Origin: Hemiscyllium ocellatum
Lineage: Eukaryota
Assembly: GCF_020745735.1 (NCBI RefSeq)
Contig: NC_083408.1
Coordinates: forward strand, 6,089,131-6,153,130
Direction: 5' to 3'
DNA: 64,000 nt
Each line of letters begins with the position of its first letter. Position 1 is the stretch's first letter. A model generated the notes under the pieces. It saw nothing but the letters and a program-made list of their open reading frames with translations, ran no database searches and was not told where the DNA came from. Position numbers and translations under genes: made by a program. Positions 12,713-26,500 of the stretch are shown here, piece after piece.

Positions 12713-13134
12713 GTAGGTTATTCAATTTCTATCTATTGATTAATTACATAAATCATGTTGAACTTCATTGCTTTTTTGTTATCTATATCTGGCAAAGACA
12801 GAAACTATTGTACTTAGATCATTATAAATTCCATTCATTATCCACAAATTTCAGACCCCTCCCTCACAAACATCTGAAACAAAACTGTGACGACCCTTTT
12901 TGCGTTGAACTGATGTATGTCTTGGTAATGTCTCCATCACCAAATCTGCCCACTACCAGCTTCATAATACCTTGAGTCTCCACCACTGTGCCCGTGCTGT
13001 TGCTGAATAAAACATTACCTATGCCTCGCTAAAGGTCAGACTTTAGAGTTGCAGTTGTCTTCTGGCCATTGCTCCAGTTACGAATAAATCGATCACAAAC
13101 TTGCAATATCTTTAACGTAAATTAATGATAGGGA

Positions 13135-13505
13135 CACCGTGTCAGAGTAGTAATGTCGCTGGATGTGTAATTCAGAGGCACAGGTTAGAATGCTATAGAT
13201 ACTGTTTCAAATCCTATCACAGCTGATCGCAGAACTTAAATTCAACTGATAAGAATAGAAATAAAAACAAATGCACGAACTGTAACCAGGAGCATTTTGT
13301 CTAAAAATCTATGTGTTTCACTAATGTCCTTTGGTAAAGAAATCTAACATCGGTATTTGGTCTGGATTGAGAGTAACTTCAGGCCAGAACACTGTGCTTG
13401 GCTCTGTACTGCCTTGTGGAGTGGTCACAGTTAAGGGCAATTAATGATGGTCATGAAATACTGCCCTTCACAGTGATGCTGACATCGCATGAATTACCAA
13501 AAAGA
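13135..13505 (+). mobile_element. SacSINE1-like DeuSINE
   Basis: gtagtaatgtcgctggat...ttcactaatgtcctttggtaaagaaatc...aagggcaattaatgatgg...gatgctgacatcgcatgaa; paralogous copy at about 61820-62170. Confidence 0.75.
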
Positions 13506-13904
13506 AACATTAACTCAAACAAAGAAAACTACTGAAGATCTGAAACAAAAATACACAAAGTTATGGGGAAATGGAACAGGTTTGGCAGCTTCTGTTGAGA
13601 GAAAAAATAGAGTTAACGTTTTCAATTCACTCACCAAGCATCAGATCTGAAAGCAGCTGGGAAATAGTGCAATTTCTGTTGGTGGAGTGAGTTGAATGTA
13701 TGGAGGAATAGAGAGATAGAGAAAAAGATTAAAGAAAAACAATTGTTGATAATCAGCTAGGATGGAAATAACATTGGATATTAATCTTGTCGATTTTTCA
13801 TTTTTTCCCATATTCCTGAGTGTCATGCCCATGTAGATATCTATCCAAGTCCCTTTTTAAGACGAAATATGACCCCTCTGTCCCTCTTCCCTGAGTGTGG
13901 TCAT

Positions 13905-14390
13905 CTTCTTTCATTCATTAATTCGACATGGGTGTAACTGGCTGGGCCAGTATATATTTCCCTTTCCGGATTGCCCAAGAGAAGGCGTTGGTGAATTGCC
14001 TTCTTGAACCATAGCAGTCCACATGCTGTATGCTGCCACTGCTGAGATTTGTTTGGTTTCATTTCTTTGAGTCCTTGTGGTGATATAACTAAATGCCTGG
14101 CTTCGCCATTTCAAAGGGCAATTGAGAGTCAATCACATTGCTTTGAGTCTGGTGTCACATGTAGGCCTCACCATGTGAAGATAACAGATTTCCTTCCACC
14201 ATGGACACAAGTGGGCCAGGTGTTTGCTTTTATTCGAGAATTGACAATCTCTCATTAAATTGTGAATCCAAATACTCCATTGAATTCAAATTCCACCATC
14301 TGTTGAGGCGGGATTCAAGTCCAGGTCTGACTCATAACCTGGGTCGTTGGATTAATAGTCTGGAGATAATAGCTCTAGACCATCGCGTCC
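13905..14390 (-). mobile_element. SacSINE1-like DeuSINE
   Basis: Reverse-complement motifs gccatttcaaagggcaattgagagtcaatcacattgc, attgaattcaaattccaccatctg, ggattaatagtc. Confidence 0.8.
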
Positions 14391-15059
14391 CCAGGATATA
14401 CACTGATAATTGTAGTGTTGCTGTTATTGTGACTGACGTCCAGAAAATTGACGTGCAGTTACATTGTCAACTACTTCCATGGAGAACAGAACCGGTAATA
14501 TTTAAGGTCACAAGGACTGTGCAGAGCTGCAATGGATTGTCAGCCTGGAATAGAAATTGAGGCGAGAAAGTCATTTGTTATCTCTGAGTAGGTGTGACGT
14601 ATATACAGAAATATGACTTTACCACATCACGGGAAAGTCAGACGAGGTTCCCTGGATGGTTTTCTTGGGTTTGTGTTATCAGCTGCTGCAATTATTTAGG
14701 GAAACCTGAGGGTCTGATGTCCCCACTCTGGGCAAGGTTTCGGCACTGCACTTTGGAGAGAGTCTGGGTCTACAGAGACTGCATAGGAAGGAGCAGGACA
14801 CTGCATTATGCTTTCTGAGATGTTCACAAATATTTCTCAATGTTGTACCTTTGCCTTGTGCAAAGGGTGAAGCCAGTTAATGACAACAATGACGTCACAG
14901 AGCTGTGAAACCGCCATCAGCATAAATTGTAGTCTTAAACCAGGGAGTGGACAGTACTCAAAATGTCCACCAACTGTTTTGATTCTGGAACTTTCCAGGC
15001 AGGAGTGGGTGAAGTATGCATTTTGCCAGAGTGCGATCCTCTCATGTACTCACAAGGTG

Positions 15060-17720
15060 ACAGAGGCCGAGGTGAATATGTCGGTTCTGTCTCCACAGAG
15101 GAAGGAACAGAAAAATCTTCCCGAAGTGTTAGGGAATACGGTGACTGGCGAAAATGTGGAACTGCAAGAAGTTAGAATTATTAAAGAGGAAGCACTGGGG
15201 CAAAACAAACAAAGCTCATTGCATTGAATATTGGTAATTTGCTGGACTAAATGAGTTATGAATTTAGAGTGCTACAGAGTTATGGCTGGAGAGTTGTGCT
15301 TGCCGGGTAGCTCTTTCGGGAGCAGGTACAGACACGATGGGTCAGTGGCCTAAATCTGTACTGTCAATTCCTTAACTATATGAGGGAGGGCAAAGTATGT
15401 CAAAGCCTTTTATGTTATGGAAAGGATCCTGCAGACTTGGAAGTAGCTATTGTGACCACAGACATTTAAAACAGGAGCGAGATGGAAAACAGCATACCAA
15501 CTGATGAATAAATTGATGTCAATTGTGAAGAAAAATTTTAGAAATTTTTAGAAATTCATAACAAGATCTTTGGAGAATAATCATGTGATTCGCGGCGTCA
15601 GCCTAGATTTTAGAAAGGGAAATCGTTTTTGATAAACCACTTGGATTTTCAGGATGTTGATTGACATCAACAATTGAGAACCAATGGGAAGAGTGTATTT
15701 GTATATTCAGGAGGCTTTTGACAGGTGAGTGAAGAATATTAGATTCCTTGTGTAAGGGGTCGATAAGCTATAATGATTGACACTTGTATAATGGGGAGAA
15801 TACAGAGAGTAAGATTCTGCTCTGGACTAAAGGTCATTGCTCATAGGGTATCCCATATATCAGTGCTTGGAGCACAGCTGTTCACAAGGCAAAGAAATGA
15901 TTTGAATGTGAGCAACAAATAAAGTTCTTTACATTTTGTATTTATTAGAAAATGAGAGGTTGGGAAGTTATCACGTATACAATTCGCACTAAAATGTAAG
16001 AAATCAGGACAGTAACTGGTACGTTGCCCTTCATTATAAAATGATTCAAGTGTTGGAGTAAATTCATCATCCTGCAGTTGTACTGTTGCTTGTACAGTAT
16101 TTCGGCCACTGATTGCAGATTCTCTCTCCATTGTGAGAAATGATGACATTTCGACTGAGATAGTGCACCAGACTTATTCCTGGGATGGATGGTACCATGA
16201 GAAAAGTGTGAGGAAAATGAGTGTTTAATACGTGGCGCTGAGAGGAAATAACATGCATTTATTATTAAACTTGAAGTTTAGGGACTACCATTAATTTTGT
16301 CAAGAAACACACAGTGATCATGTGAAAAATTACAGTTTTTCCATGATATTTGATTCCCAACAGTTCACATACCTGCCCGAAGCCTCCATGTTGGTTGAGA
16401 GGCAGCTCCAGGCTCTGAATGAACTCTCACTGTCTCAATATGCAGTTGGGGTGTGAACCTCCACTGTTCACAAATCTGTCTGCAGCCACAATACCTTAAT
16501 CCGGAAAGAGTTAGCCATTCCGACCAGGTTGTAACCTCCATCGAAATACCAGTCTGTCTTCTCGGAGATAGAAGATTTTTCCTTGAGACTTGGCACAAAC
16601 CAGCCACTTTCCCTTCTCACTTTCAGTAAACCAAGTTTAAAGTAACACGTGTACCACTGGCAATGGATCCAGGAGGAACAACTTAGAGCAGTTTATCTGT
16701 GTAGACTCTGCTTCACTGTCTGTCATGTTGGGGTATCAATGTCATCTTCCTATTTCGGTATAGTTGACTTGACAGGCTGAGTACCCTCTTCCTGGTCACA
16801 TGGAAGAGACTCAAAGACCTGATTTGGAAACTCCTGGTTCCTGTTTAACACCTCGATGTGCTGACTACACTCCTTCCCTCCTCGTGTGATAGGCAGGAGG
16901 AAGTGAATGGGCTCTCCCTGTTCGTATTCAATAGCTTCAGTGGGTTGAAGATATTCCGTTGAAACCAGCTTGAGGTGCTGAATGAGCTCCTGTTATTTAC
17001 CTGTGGAAGTCTAGAAAGAGACATTTCTAGTAAGACTGTTACAAGAATGTTACCTTCACTTTAACAACACAGTTTGGATGCTATCCAGGTCTTGCTGCAC
17101 ATGGACACGGACTGCTTCAGCAGTGGGCAGGTGCCAAATTATTCTTAATATTGTGTGATATTCAGAGAATGTCTCCATTTCTAACCGTAAGATGTGGGAA
17201 AGACATTGAAACAGCTGAAGAAAGCTACCTTGAGGATGCAGGCAGAGATGTCCTGTGACTGAAATGATTGATCCACACCAACCATAAATATCTTCCCTTT
17301 GCCTCCGAATGCCTTTAACCAATGGGGAGTTTGCAATTCATTCCTATAACATTCAATTCTGTTCTGGGTTCCTTGATACTGTCCACAGTTAAATCCTGCC
17401 TTGATATCAGGGTCAGTCACTTTACCACTTATGATATAATTTATTCAAGGTAATAGGTCACGGTGTGTTTGTGAGGAGTGTTTCCTTCTCATAGAGTGGA
17501 TTGACTATCGGGACTTTTGTATTCCAGAGAAGGAGGGGAGGTAGATCACTAAGATATTTGGAAGGGGACACAATAGATATATGAGGCATCAGAATGTTGA
17601 GGGCTGCGGGGATTGAGCATAACAGAGGGGGTGTGGCTTTTGCAGATCAGCTATGATCATATTGAAGGGAAAGACAGGCCTGAAGAGCTGAATGATGTAT
17701 TCACGGATCTGATGTTGTCT
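15060..17720 (+). mobile_element. Very old fragmented CR1 LINE with internal insertions (about 16300-17420)
   Basis: Degenerate CR1 motifs gcagacttggaagtagcta, tattcaggaggcttttgac, cagtgcttggagcacagctgttcaca; 3' UTR cagatcagctatgatcatattgaa at about 17643. Confidence 0.55.
17040..17425 (-). mobile_element. CR1/L2-clade LINE RT fragment
   Basis: ORF 17056..17322(-) ends AEAVRVHVQQDLDSIQT, similar to the LINE RT motif MQQDLDNIQAW. Confidence 0.6.
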
Positions 17721-18585
17721 CATTCTGTTATTGGGAAGTTATTTTCCTGAAAATTCTGTTATTGGATGTTGCAGTCAGGGAGACCAGAGGAGTTTGTGGC
17801 CATCTCTGGGTGAGGTATGGACGCTGTATTTACAGTGAATCTGAATCGGCAACATGACCAAGAAATGAAGACAGTTCTATAAAGACAGAGGAGTGAGATG
17901 CTTCACACCATCACCCAAACTTTCTTTTCCCAAGAATATTTTCCAACGCTATGTCACACTGTGCGTGACAGTGTTCATCTGCTGAATGGACTCCGCTCTT
18001 TCGGTGCACCAGGTTACTGGGGTAAATGGCCTCCGACTGTTCCTGTGTATCATGTTTGACAGTTTCAGAGGAACCTAGGAACATGGGACCAAGGAGAAGA
18101 GTTGGTCATTAGACACTTTGAACCTTCTCCACCAGACACCAATATTGTGGCTGATCAGGTTGTAGTCTCAGCCTCTCTTTCCTGTCTGTAGTTTATTGAC
18201 CTTTACCATCCAATGTCGAAGTAACATGGCTTAAAATAAAAACAAACACACAGGCACCACAAACTGCTGGGGAAGAGCATTCCCACTCAAACAACTCTGT
18301 GAATTTCTCCTCAACCCTGTTCACACTGGGTTTGGAGAGGTCTCTGTTTTATTTTCTACTCCAGCTCCTCCATTGGTCATGCCACGTTTTAAATGTAACT
18401 ACGTTGGTGATATGGCCAATGATATAGTTCTCAGACTAGGTCAGTTTCTTTGCTAGGCACAAGTCAGGTAGATATCTTTAATTTGGTATAGCAATTCACC
18501 AAAGATAACTTACTCAAGCTAAGATGGAAAGATACATGGCAGGCAGATGGGCAAATATGTACGTTAATATTTATCTTTCAATCTA

Positions 18586-18700
18586 TACTGAGACACAGTT
18601 TGTACACACAGAAACATACGCATACACAGACACATACACTGAGACAGTCACAGTGTCACACACACTAGTGCACACAGACACACACATACACATGCATGAA
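18586..18700. repeat. Degenerate (CA)n microsatellite
   Basis: Directly visible CA-rich run. Confidence 0.85.
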
Positions 18701-19384
18701 GACAAACAGAATAAAACTCTGCAGAATATCAGCTTGAAATATATTTTCGTAGCATAAGTTAAATTCAAGACAAAAGGAAATATTAAATTGTATTCTGCCA
18801 CTGAGGTCATTCTGCTCACACAAATTGCTGGCAATCGAATTCCTTTTTTGGAACAGTTGGATTTGGCTAAATTCCCTTTGATTCAGGCAGTGTGGAGATT
18901 CCAATGAATCCTCAACTGGAAAGCTTCACGAGTGCTAAAGATGACTGATGAGTTTTCACCTCTTATACGTTGCTGTGAGAAGGAACAAGGTAAGAGAGGA
19001 AGAAATCAAGACTTTTCTAACAGGTTGCATCTTCTCCAACTTTGAGCGGAAATATACAATAATGTTACTTGACCACCTAATTGGGCCACATGATGCCTCG
19101 TTGAACATGCTCGGGACTGTCCGAATCCGTCCCTGTTCCCTGCTCCATGTAGGAGCAATTTATAAGCTGTCATTTGAAGATGCGTTTATATGTGTCCCTG
19201 TAACTTTGTCCAATAAATTCATGTATTTGCACTATCTGTGTTAAAATGATTACACTTTTCTCTTAAATTTGAATCTGGTATAGTTTCCTATACCAGAGGA
19301 AATGTTCATCAACCAAGCACCTGATACACTGTCCCCAAGATCTTATACGATTCAATATGAAAATCTCTCATTCTCTACCCTGAA

Positions 19385-19740
19385 GTGCTCTGGTAGAGGT
19401 TTATAAAATCATGAGGGGCATGGAAATGGTGAATAACCAAGGACATTTTCTGCGATTGGGGAATTTGAAAACTAGAGCACACAGTTTGAAGGTGAGAGGG
19501 AAAGCTTTAAAAGAGATAAAAGAGGTAACCTTTTCTCGGAGTGTATGGAATGAACTACCAAAGGAAGTGTTGGAAGCTGGGAAAACTACAACATTTAAAA
19601 GCCATTTGGAGGGGTACTTGAATAGGAAGCGTTGAGAGAGATATGGGCCATGTGCTGGCAAATGAGACGATGTTAACAGAGGACATCTGGTTGTCATGGA
19701 CAAAGTGATCCGAAAGGTCTGTTTCTTTGCTGTATGACAG
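19385..19740 (+). mobile_element. CR1/HER1 3' end fragment
   Basis: ORF 19411: MRGMEMVNNQGHFLRLGNLKTRAHSLKVRG...VWNELPKEVLEAGKTTTFKSHLEGY, then 3' UTR ending ctgtatgac. Confidence 0.9.
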
Positions 19741-20989
19741 AATAAGGCCTTCTTTCCAGGAACAAATACAGAGAAACATCTAACAGAGCTTCAAAATCAA
19801 TTGAGTATATTTGTTTGGCAATTTAAGGAATCATCACTGCACACAATGCATAAAGTGTGGCCGCGGAAAGCTCATGTACATCTGCATTAAAATGTGCTAA
19901 TAATCTTTGCATGCAGTAGAATCATTCCTTATACTTTGCCGTTGCACCACTGAGTTGTGTAAACTCTCTCCTTTAAAATAGTTTACTGTTTTTTTACCCT
20001 TTTATCACAGCATATACTTCATTATCCCAGGTTATACCGTTTCTATTATAGGTTTATGCATTAACGTCTCTTGTCTCTATCCCATGACAGACTCTCTACC
20101 TCCACTTGACAATTTATTGAATGACGGTCTTGGTGGCTGAGCAATTGAGCTCCAATCCAATCAGTCCCCACATCCAAATCATTGACGGTTCGAAATCGTT
20201 GTTGATCTTGCACTGATCTCTAAGGCACTCCGCCAAGTTGAAGATTACCAAACTGAAAATAAACTTCAATTCCAACTGTCTATTTCCTGAGAGTTATCCA
20301 GGGTTCCATGTTCTTTTCAAGCAGCCTAGAAAGGTTGGATACCCTCCCCCTGTGCTGTGTAATGTACTCAAATGGCTGAATGACTTTACCATCTTCCTTT
20401 GTAAATCCTTAGAGTGCAGAAAGGTCTCCTCGTGCCTCATTGCTGACGGGCTGAATAGGATCTTTCTCTCCTTCTGTAAAATCAACAAGGGATTGAGTGA
20501 GAGGACAAGATATGGGTTAGGAGCAGCAGGTTGCCTTTCAGCCCCTCGCACCTGCTGCTCCATTCAGATTGCTCACTGTTGTTGTGATTGTAACTCAACA
20601 TCTCTTTCCAGTCTGTTCCCAAAAAGCATGGATTATTTTGTTCATCAATGATCTACGGAATTCAACCTGGAATGTTTTCAGTAACCCAGTTCTGGGTTAC
20701 TGCTCATTGTGTATGGGAACACAACAGATCACACAACCCTAAAGAGAAAGGAACATCCCTGTCTCAGCCTGAAATGGAAATGCCCTTATTCTTAAATGTG
20801 TCCCGCTCAAGCCAGTCATCACTATTTTGACACAAGGACTCAACAATTGGAAACAGATATACACCATTCAATCCCTCGAACCTGTCCACAATTCCTGTAA
20901 CACTTCACATACAAATACTTAACAAATTTAGCCTCAATCGAAGTTAGATTAATTCCAGATACTATAAGCTCACAAGAGTGTAGGAAATT

Positions 20990-21760
20990 AGAACAGTGAA
21001 CAGTGCAGCACAGTACAGCCCTTTAGCCTTCATTGTTGTGCCAACTTTTTATCCTAGTCTAAGATTAAAGTAAACTTCATACCCTTCCTTTTATTATCAT
21101 TTATTTGTCTATCCAAGAGTTGCTTGAATATCCCTAATGTATCTGATTCTACTACCATCGCTGGCAGTCATTCCACGCACCTATCACTACCTGTGTAAAA
21201 AACCTGGATGTGACATCTCCCCGAAGACTTTCTCCAATCACTTTAAAATTATGCTCCCTGTGTGATAGCCATTTCGAACCTGCGAAAAAGTCTCTGGTTG
21301 TCCACTCTATCTGTGCCTCAGCATCATGCACAATTCTATTAAGTTAGCTCTCATTCTTCTTCGCTCCAATGAGAATAGCCTAACTCACTGAGAAATATTT
21401 CATAAGACATGCCCTCCAGCGCAGGCAACACCCTGGTAAATCCTGTCTGCACCGTCTCGAATGTTTCCAATTCCTTCCCATAATGGGGTTACCACAACTC
21501 AGCACAATACTGCATGTGTGGTCTACGCAGGGCTATATAGAGTTATAGCATAATCTCATGACTCTTAAACTCAATCTCCCTGTTAATGAAAACCAACTCA
21601 CCATACTCCTCTTAACACCACTATCAACCTAAGAGGCAACTTGGTGATACCTATGGACGTGGGCCATCAGATAAATCCGTTCCTCCACACGGCATGAATG
21701 CTACCTTTGACCCTGTAATCTGCATTTGAACTCGACCTTCCAAAATGAATCACTTCAGAA
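20990..21760 (-). mobile_element. CR1 LINE 3' fragment
   Basis: Reverse-complement CR1 3' UTR (gaacagtgcagcacagtacagccctttagcc) and RT C-terminus. Confidence 0.8.
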
Positions 21761-21929
21761 AATAGGAACTGGGAGCAGAATGAAGCCATTTAGCCAATCG
21801 GATCTGCTGTACTGTTTGATCACGGGTGAAATGTTGCTCAGCCACATTCTTGTGCATTCGTGAACTAATCAATTGCTTTGGGCCGGATCACTTCATCAGG
21901 AATGCCGTCGAGGTAGTAGAGTGTGAAGA

Positions 21930-23590
21930 CCAGCTTACACGATACTAAATAGACGTTCAACGTCACAACAATGATTTAATGCGGGCTTTGGAGAGCTGTA
22001 GCATAACCTCACTGCTCGGAAACTCAGTTCCCCAGCTTCTGAAAGCCAACACAATATGCACTTTCTTAACGACCACATCAACCTCGGTCAAGATAAGGAT
22101 GATGTTGGAAAAGCACAGCAGGTCATGCAGCATCTGAGGGGCAGGAAATCAACGTTTCAGGTAGGAACCATTCATCATCATCTCCTTGGATGCTACCTGA
22201 CCTGCTCTGCCTTTCCAGCACCAATCTAATCTTGACTCTGATCTGCAGCATCTGCAGTCCTCACTGTTGCCAATTTGACATCAACCTGTGTGGCAACTTT
22301 GAGGGATCTCTGGGCATGAACCCAAAGATCCCTCTGTTCCTCCACACTACCAAGAATACTGCCTTTATCCCAATATTTTACATTCAAATTCGATCTTCTA
22401 AAGTGAATGACTTCACACTTTTCCAGGTTTACTTCGATCTGCTACTCATCAGCTCATTTCTGAATCATGTGAAGATTCCGTTGCAACCTATAAACTACCT
22501 CAACGTTATCCAGAACTTCACCAACTTTTGTGTAATCGGCAAACATACGAACCCACCCTTCCACTTCCTCATCCAAGACATTTATAAAACTCGCAAACAG
22601 CAGAGATCTTAAACCGATCCTGCGGGACACCACTGAGCACAGAGCTCCAGATTGAATGTTTTCCATCTCCTACCACCCTCTGTATTCTATGGGCCAGAAA
22701 TTCTGTATCCAGGAGGCCAGGTTTCCCTGTATCCCATGCCTCCTTACGGACTGAATGAGCATACCGTGAATAAGTTTATCAAACGCTTTGCTTAAATCCA
22801 TTTACACCACATCCATTGATCTAACATCATAAATGTGTTTTGTCACATCCTCAAATGATTCAATACGATTCGTGAGGCATGAACTGATCCTCACAAAGGC
22901 ATCCTGACTATCTCTATCAATGATTGTTTTTCTAAGTAATCATAAATCATTTCTCGCAGATTCCTCTCCAATACTTTGCCCACCGCTGTCATAAAACTGA
23001 TTGGACTATAATTCCCAAGATTATCCCTATTCCAATTCTTGAACAAGTGAATAAATTTGCCAACCTCCTTTCATCTGGCATGACTCCAGAGGACAGTGAG
23101 AATGCAAAGATGATTGCCAAACGTGCAGCAATCAGTTCCCTCACTTCCTGTCACATCCTTGCTTATATTCCTCCGAGCCAACGAGATTTATCTATCATAC
23201 TGTTTCTCAAATTTTCATCACATCCTCCTGTTCTACCTAATCAGCCTGTTTCACGCTGTCCCTATAAACTTCAATGCCCCTCTCAGTAGTGAATTCTGAA
23301 GGCAAGCATTCATTCAGGACTTCCCCGACCTCCTCCCACTCATGACGCAAATTCCCTCCACAATTTGTGATGAGCCCTACCCTCACTCTGGCCGTCCGCT
23401 TGTTCCTGATATAAGTGTAGAATGTCTTAGATTTTACCTTAACACTAACCAAAAGGCTTTTTCATGCTCGTTCCTTCCTCTCATGGGTTCATTTTTCAGT
23501 TCTTTCCTGGCTAACTTGTAACCCTCTAGAGGCCTGTCTGATCCTTGACTCCTCAACCTTATGTAAACTTCCTCCTACCTTTTGACTAGA
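21930..23590 (-). mobile_element. CR1 LINE ORF2 fragment, interrupted by a Penelope-type repeat at about 22090-22265
   Basis: ORFs FINVLDEEVEGWVRMFADYTKVG (22454-) and KSKTFYTYIRNKRTARVRVG (23237-). Confidence 0.88.
22090..22265. mobile_element. Penelope-derived palindromic short element
   Basis: Arms tgttggaaaagcacagcaggtcatgcagcatc and gatgctacctgacctgctctgcctttccagca are imperfect reverse complements. Confidence 0.7.
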
Positions 23591-26500
23591 TGTTCTCCAT
23601 CCCTTGGCATAATTGAAGTATGAAGCTGTAAATGGATGGGAGCTGCATATCCTGTCACTTCAATCATGGGCTGCATGTTTCCCCACCCTGGGCAGTGATC
23701 TAACACAATGTTTACTGAACAATGTACTGGGGTGTGGACACAACACTAACTGCTCCAGCTTTACAGTGAAATTCACGGTTTTACACTGCATATCTCCTCA
23801 TGCGCCGTTGTGGTCTGCACTGTCTGTACAGAGTACTGGGTTGTATTGAGCATTACACTAGCCTGGTCTGCACTGTGCTCCATGCTAAACAGATATCTCA
23901 TCTGGATTATGGTGTCTGATTCTGTGAGGTGGATAGGGCATCTGATATAACTTACCATTTGAGCGTATCTCTCAGTATATTTATTTCATGTTCTTATTCT
24001 TGTTATTGTACCCCACACACACCCCTACCTCCCAAAGTCTGATTCCTCCACACAGTACCATTTCAATGAGAAGAGCCACGTTTATCCAATTTTTCAGTCA
24101 AGTAATCATCCAATTCTAACATGAATATTCGAACTTCTGTAACTTAACGTAGCAGTTGGTGCTCATATCCCTGGATTTCCGGGGAAGTCACTATCAAGTT
24201 AGGACACAATGTACAAGATGTATGGTTTGAGATCTCCTGTATGTTTCGGCTGTGGGTCCCAATTGGCTCCTTACTGTATCGAAAACTGGCATTGTGTAGC
24301 CGTGATTGTTCAGAATTCTTTCTCCCATGGGGCATCTGGCACACCAGACACAATGCTTATGGTTACACAAAGGCCCTGACCAAAATAGCCAATAAGCCCG
24401 TGTCTCCATGATTCAACAAGGGCCGCCACTTCCTACCAAAGAGTTCCATTTTCTGGTGATTCCATTATTGCAAGCAAGTTCAGGGGTATGTGCTCCATAA
24501 CTAACCTACACCACCCCGAGAATCATGGGGTATTTTCCGACACCCACCTCATCAGAATGCTCTTCCTCGCACAAAATGAAAGAATAGTAAACAATCTCTT
24601 CCCAAAGATAGATGATTCGGCGAACCCAAATGGAAATACACCAGATCTACCTTGACCTCGTTTCCCTAGACCCCTTCCAAAACACTCACTATAGCGCCCC
24701 AATACCTACAAAGTTTGTGGCATGAACACAAACAATGAGTAAGAGTACCAACACGTGTTTTACATTTGGGAACATTGAGGACGCTCCTTTCTTAAATTTG
24801 GCAAGCCACTCAGATGCCAAACAAACCCTGTGGAGCACCTTCAGCTGCATAGCTTGCGTCCTAGTGTAAATCAAAATCTTCCGGACATTTTCCCAAATAT
24901 CTGGCCACTCCTCTGGTGAAGATTTCTACTCCCAAATGCTGAACACAAATTCCACACAACTGTTCGATGTTCTTTGAGACACTACCTCCTATTAAGTGCT
25001 AGAGAGTGCTGACCGAGAGAGTGCCCGTGAACTGAAGCACTTTCATCTCCATATTCGACATATAGGGAATAACAGTTAATGTACTCTTTTTCTGTATAAA
25101 ATCTCTAATCTCTAAGTCAGGAAAAAGGTCCCTCCTAGATAGTTCATATTTCTGGTTCAGCTGCTCGAAAGACTTCATTCCCTCCCCGTCAAATAACTCT
25201 CCCAAACAGGAAACTCCTCTGGATTTCCAGAGCCAAAATCCAGAATCCATCAATCCTACAATGGGAGTAAAAGGAGAAGTTTGTTTTTGTAAATTGCCCT
25301 CACTTTGTTGTATCATTCTCCATGTTTTAACTCTGTTAATGACAATTGCATTTCAGCAATGGTCCATAACATTCCGCATCTTGTCCATGACCAACAGATT
25401 AACGAGGGGACATTTTGCCTGGGAGGCAACGATGTCCAACTACATTGACCGCGGGTCTTGACAAATCAATTCAGCCACATAGGCTAGGAGGGAACTCAAT
25501 TGGTATATGGTAAAGTGTGTAAAATCCACATCCCACAGCCTCCGCAGAAACTGCAACTGGATGAACTTCGTAAGAGGCCGCCCGTGATGCCAAATAAAAG
25601 ATCCAAGCCGACTGTAAAGCTCCCTCTAGGCTGGCTGAGCAGCACAAATAGGTGCATTTGCCTGGGATATAATAAACGAGGAAGTACATTCATTTTGACC
25701 GGAGATATTCTACCCAACCAGGATATAGAAAGATCCTCCCAGTGCTGAAGGTCCTGCCTTATTTTCTCGAGCAACTGCAAGAAGATAGGTTGTCTAATTG
25801 ATTGAACGCTGGGGTGATAAAAATGCCTAAATACAGGAAACCTCCCTCTGACCAACTGAAAGTGAATCGGATTCCATCACCAAGACTGGGTATTCTAATC
25901 AGACCCTGAAAGGCATGGTCTCTGATTTCATAAAATTGACTTTATATCCTAAGAATGATCCAAATACATGAATCACTTGGGGCACAGATATCATCGAGTG
26001 AGTTAGAAAGAGAAGAACGTCATCTGCAAAAAATGCGATTTTATGACATCCTGATCCTACCTCCAGGGCAGTAATATTGTGGTCCCTCCAGATGGGCTCT
26101 GCCAAAGGTTCAATCACCAATATAAATAGTAACGGTGAAAGAGGACACCCTTGACGGCTGCCTCTGCCATTGGTAAAATTGCCAGACTTTATACCATGAG
26201 TGAGATCCGCTGCTTTGTAACTGGGCAATACTGTTATCCACCTGGCAAAGGCCCCTCCAAGGCCAAACCATTCCAGGACATAAAAGAGGTATGGTCCATC
26301 CACCAGGTCAAATGTTTTCTCTGCATCCACTACCAAGCCTGAAATCGACCCTTGCTGGCACACCTAAACCATATTAGCACTCTCCTATTATTATCAGACA
26401 CCAGTGACCCCTAATAAAACTTGACTGGTCCTATTTCACAATGAAGGGCTAGCCCTTCTCCAGCTTCAGCGCCAGCATTTTCACTAAAATATTAATGTCC

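Noticed and set aside
12713-12975. Continuation of the 131-aa ORF past GLPG as real protein
   Set aside because: Family similarity ends exactly at a GT donor; the remainder is AT-rich intron with a paralog at 61460
18850-18995. Plus-strand exon candidate (aacag...aag|gtaag) downstream of GPCR exon 1
   Set aside because: Stops in all three frames and no GPCR similarity
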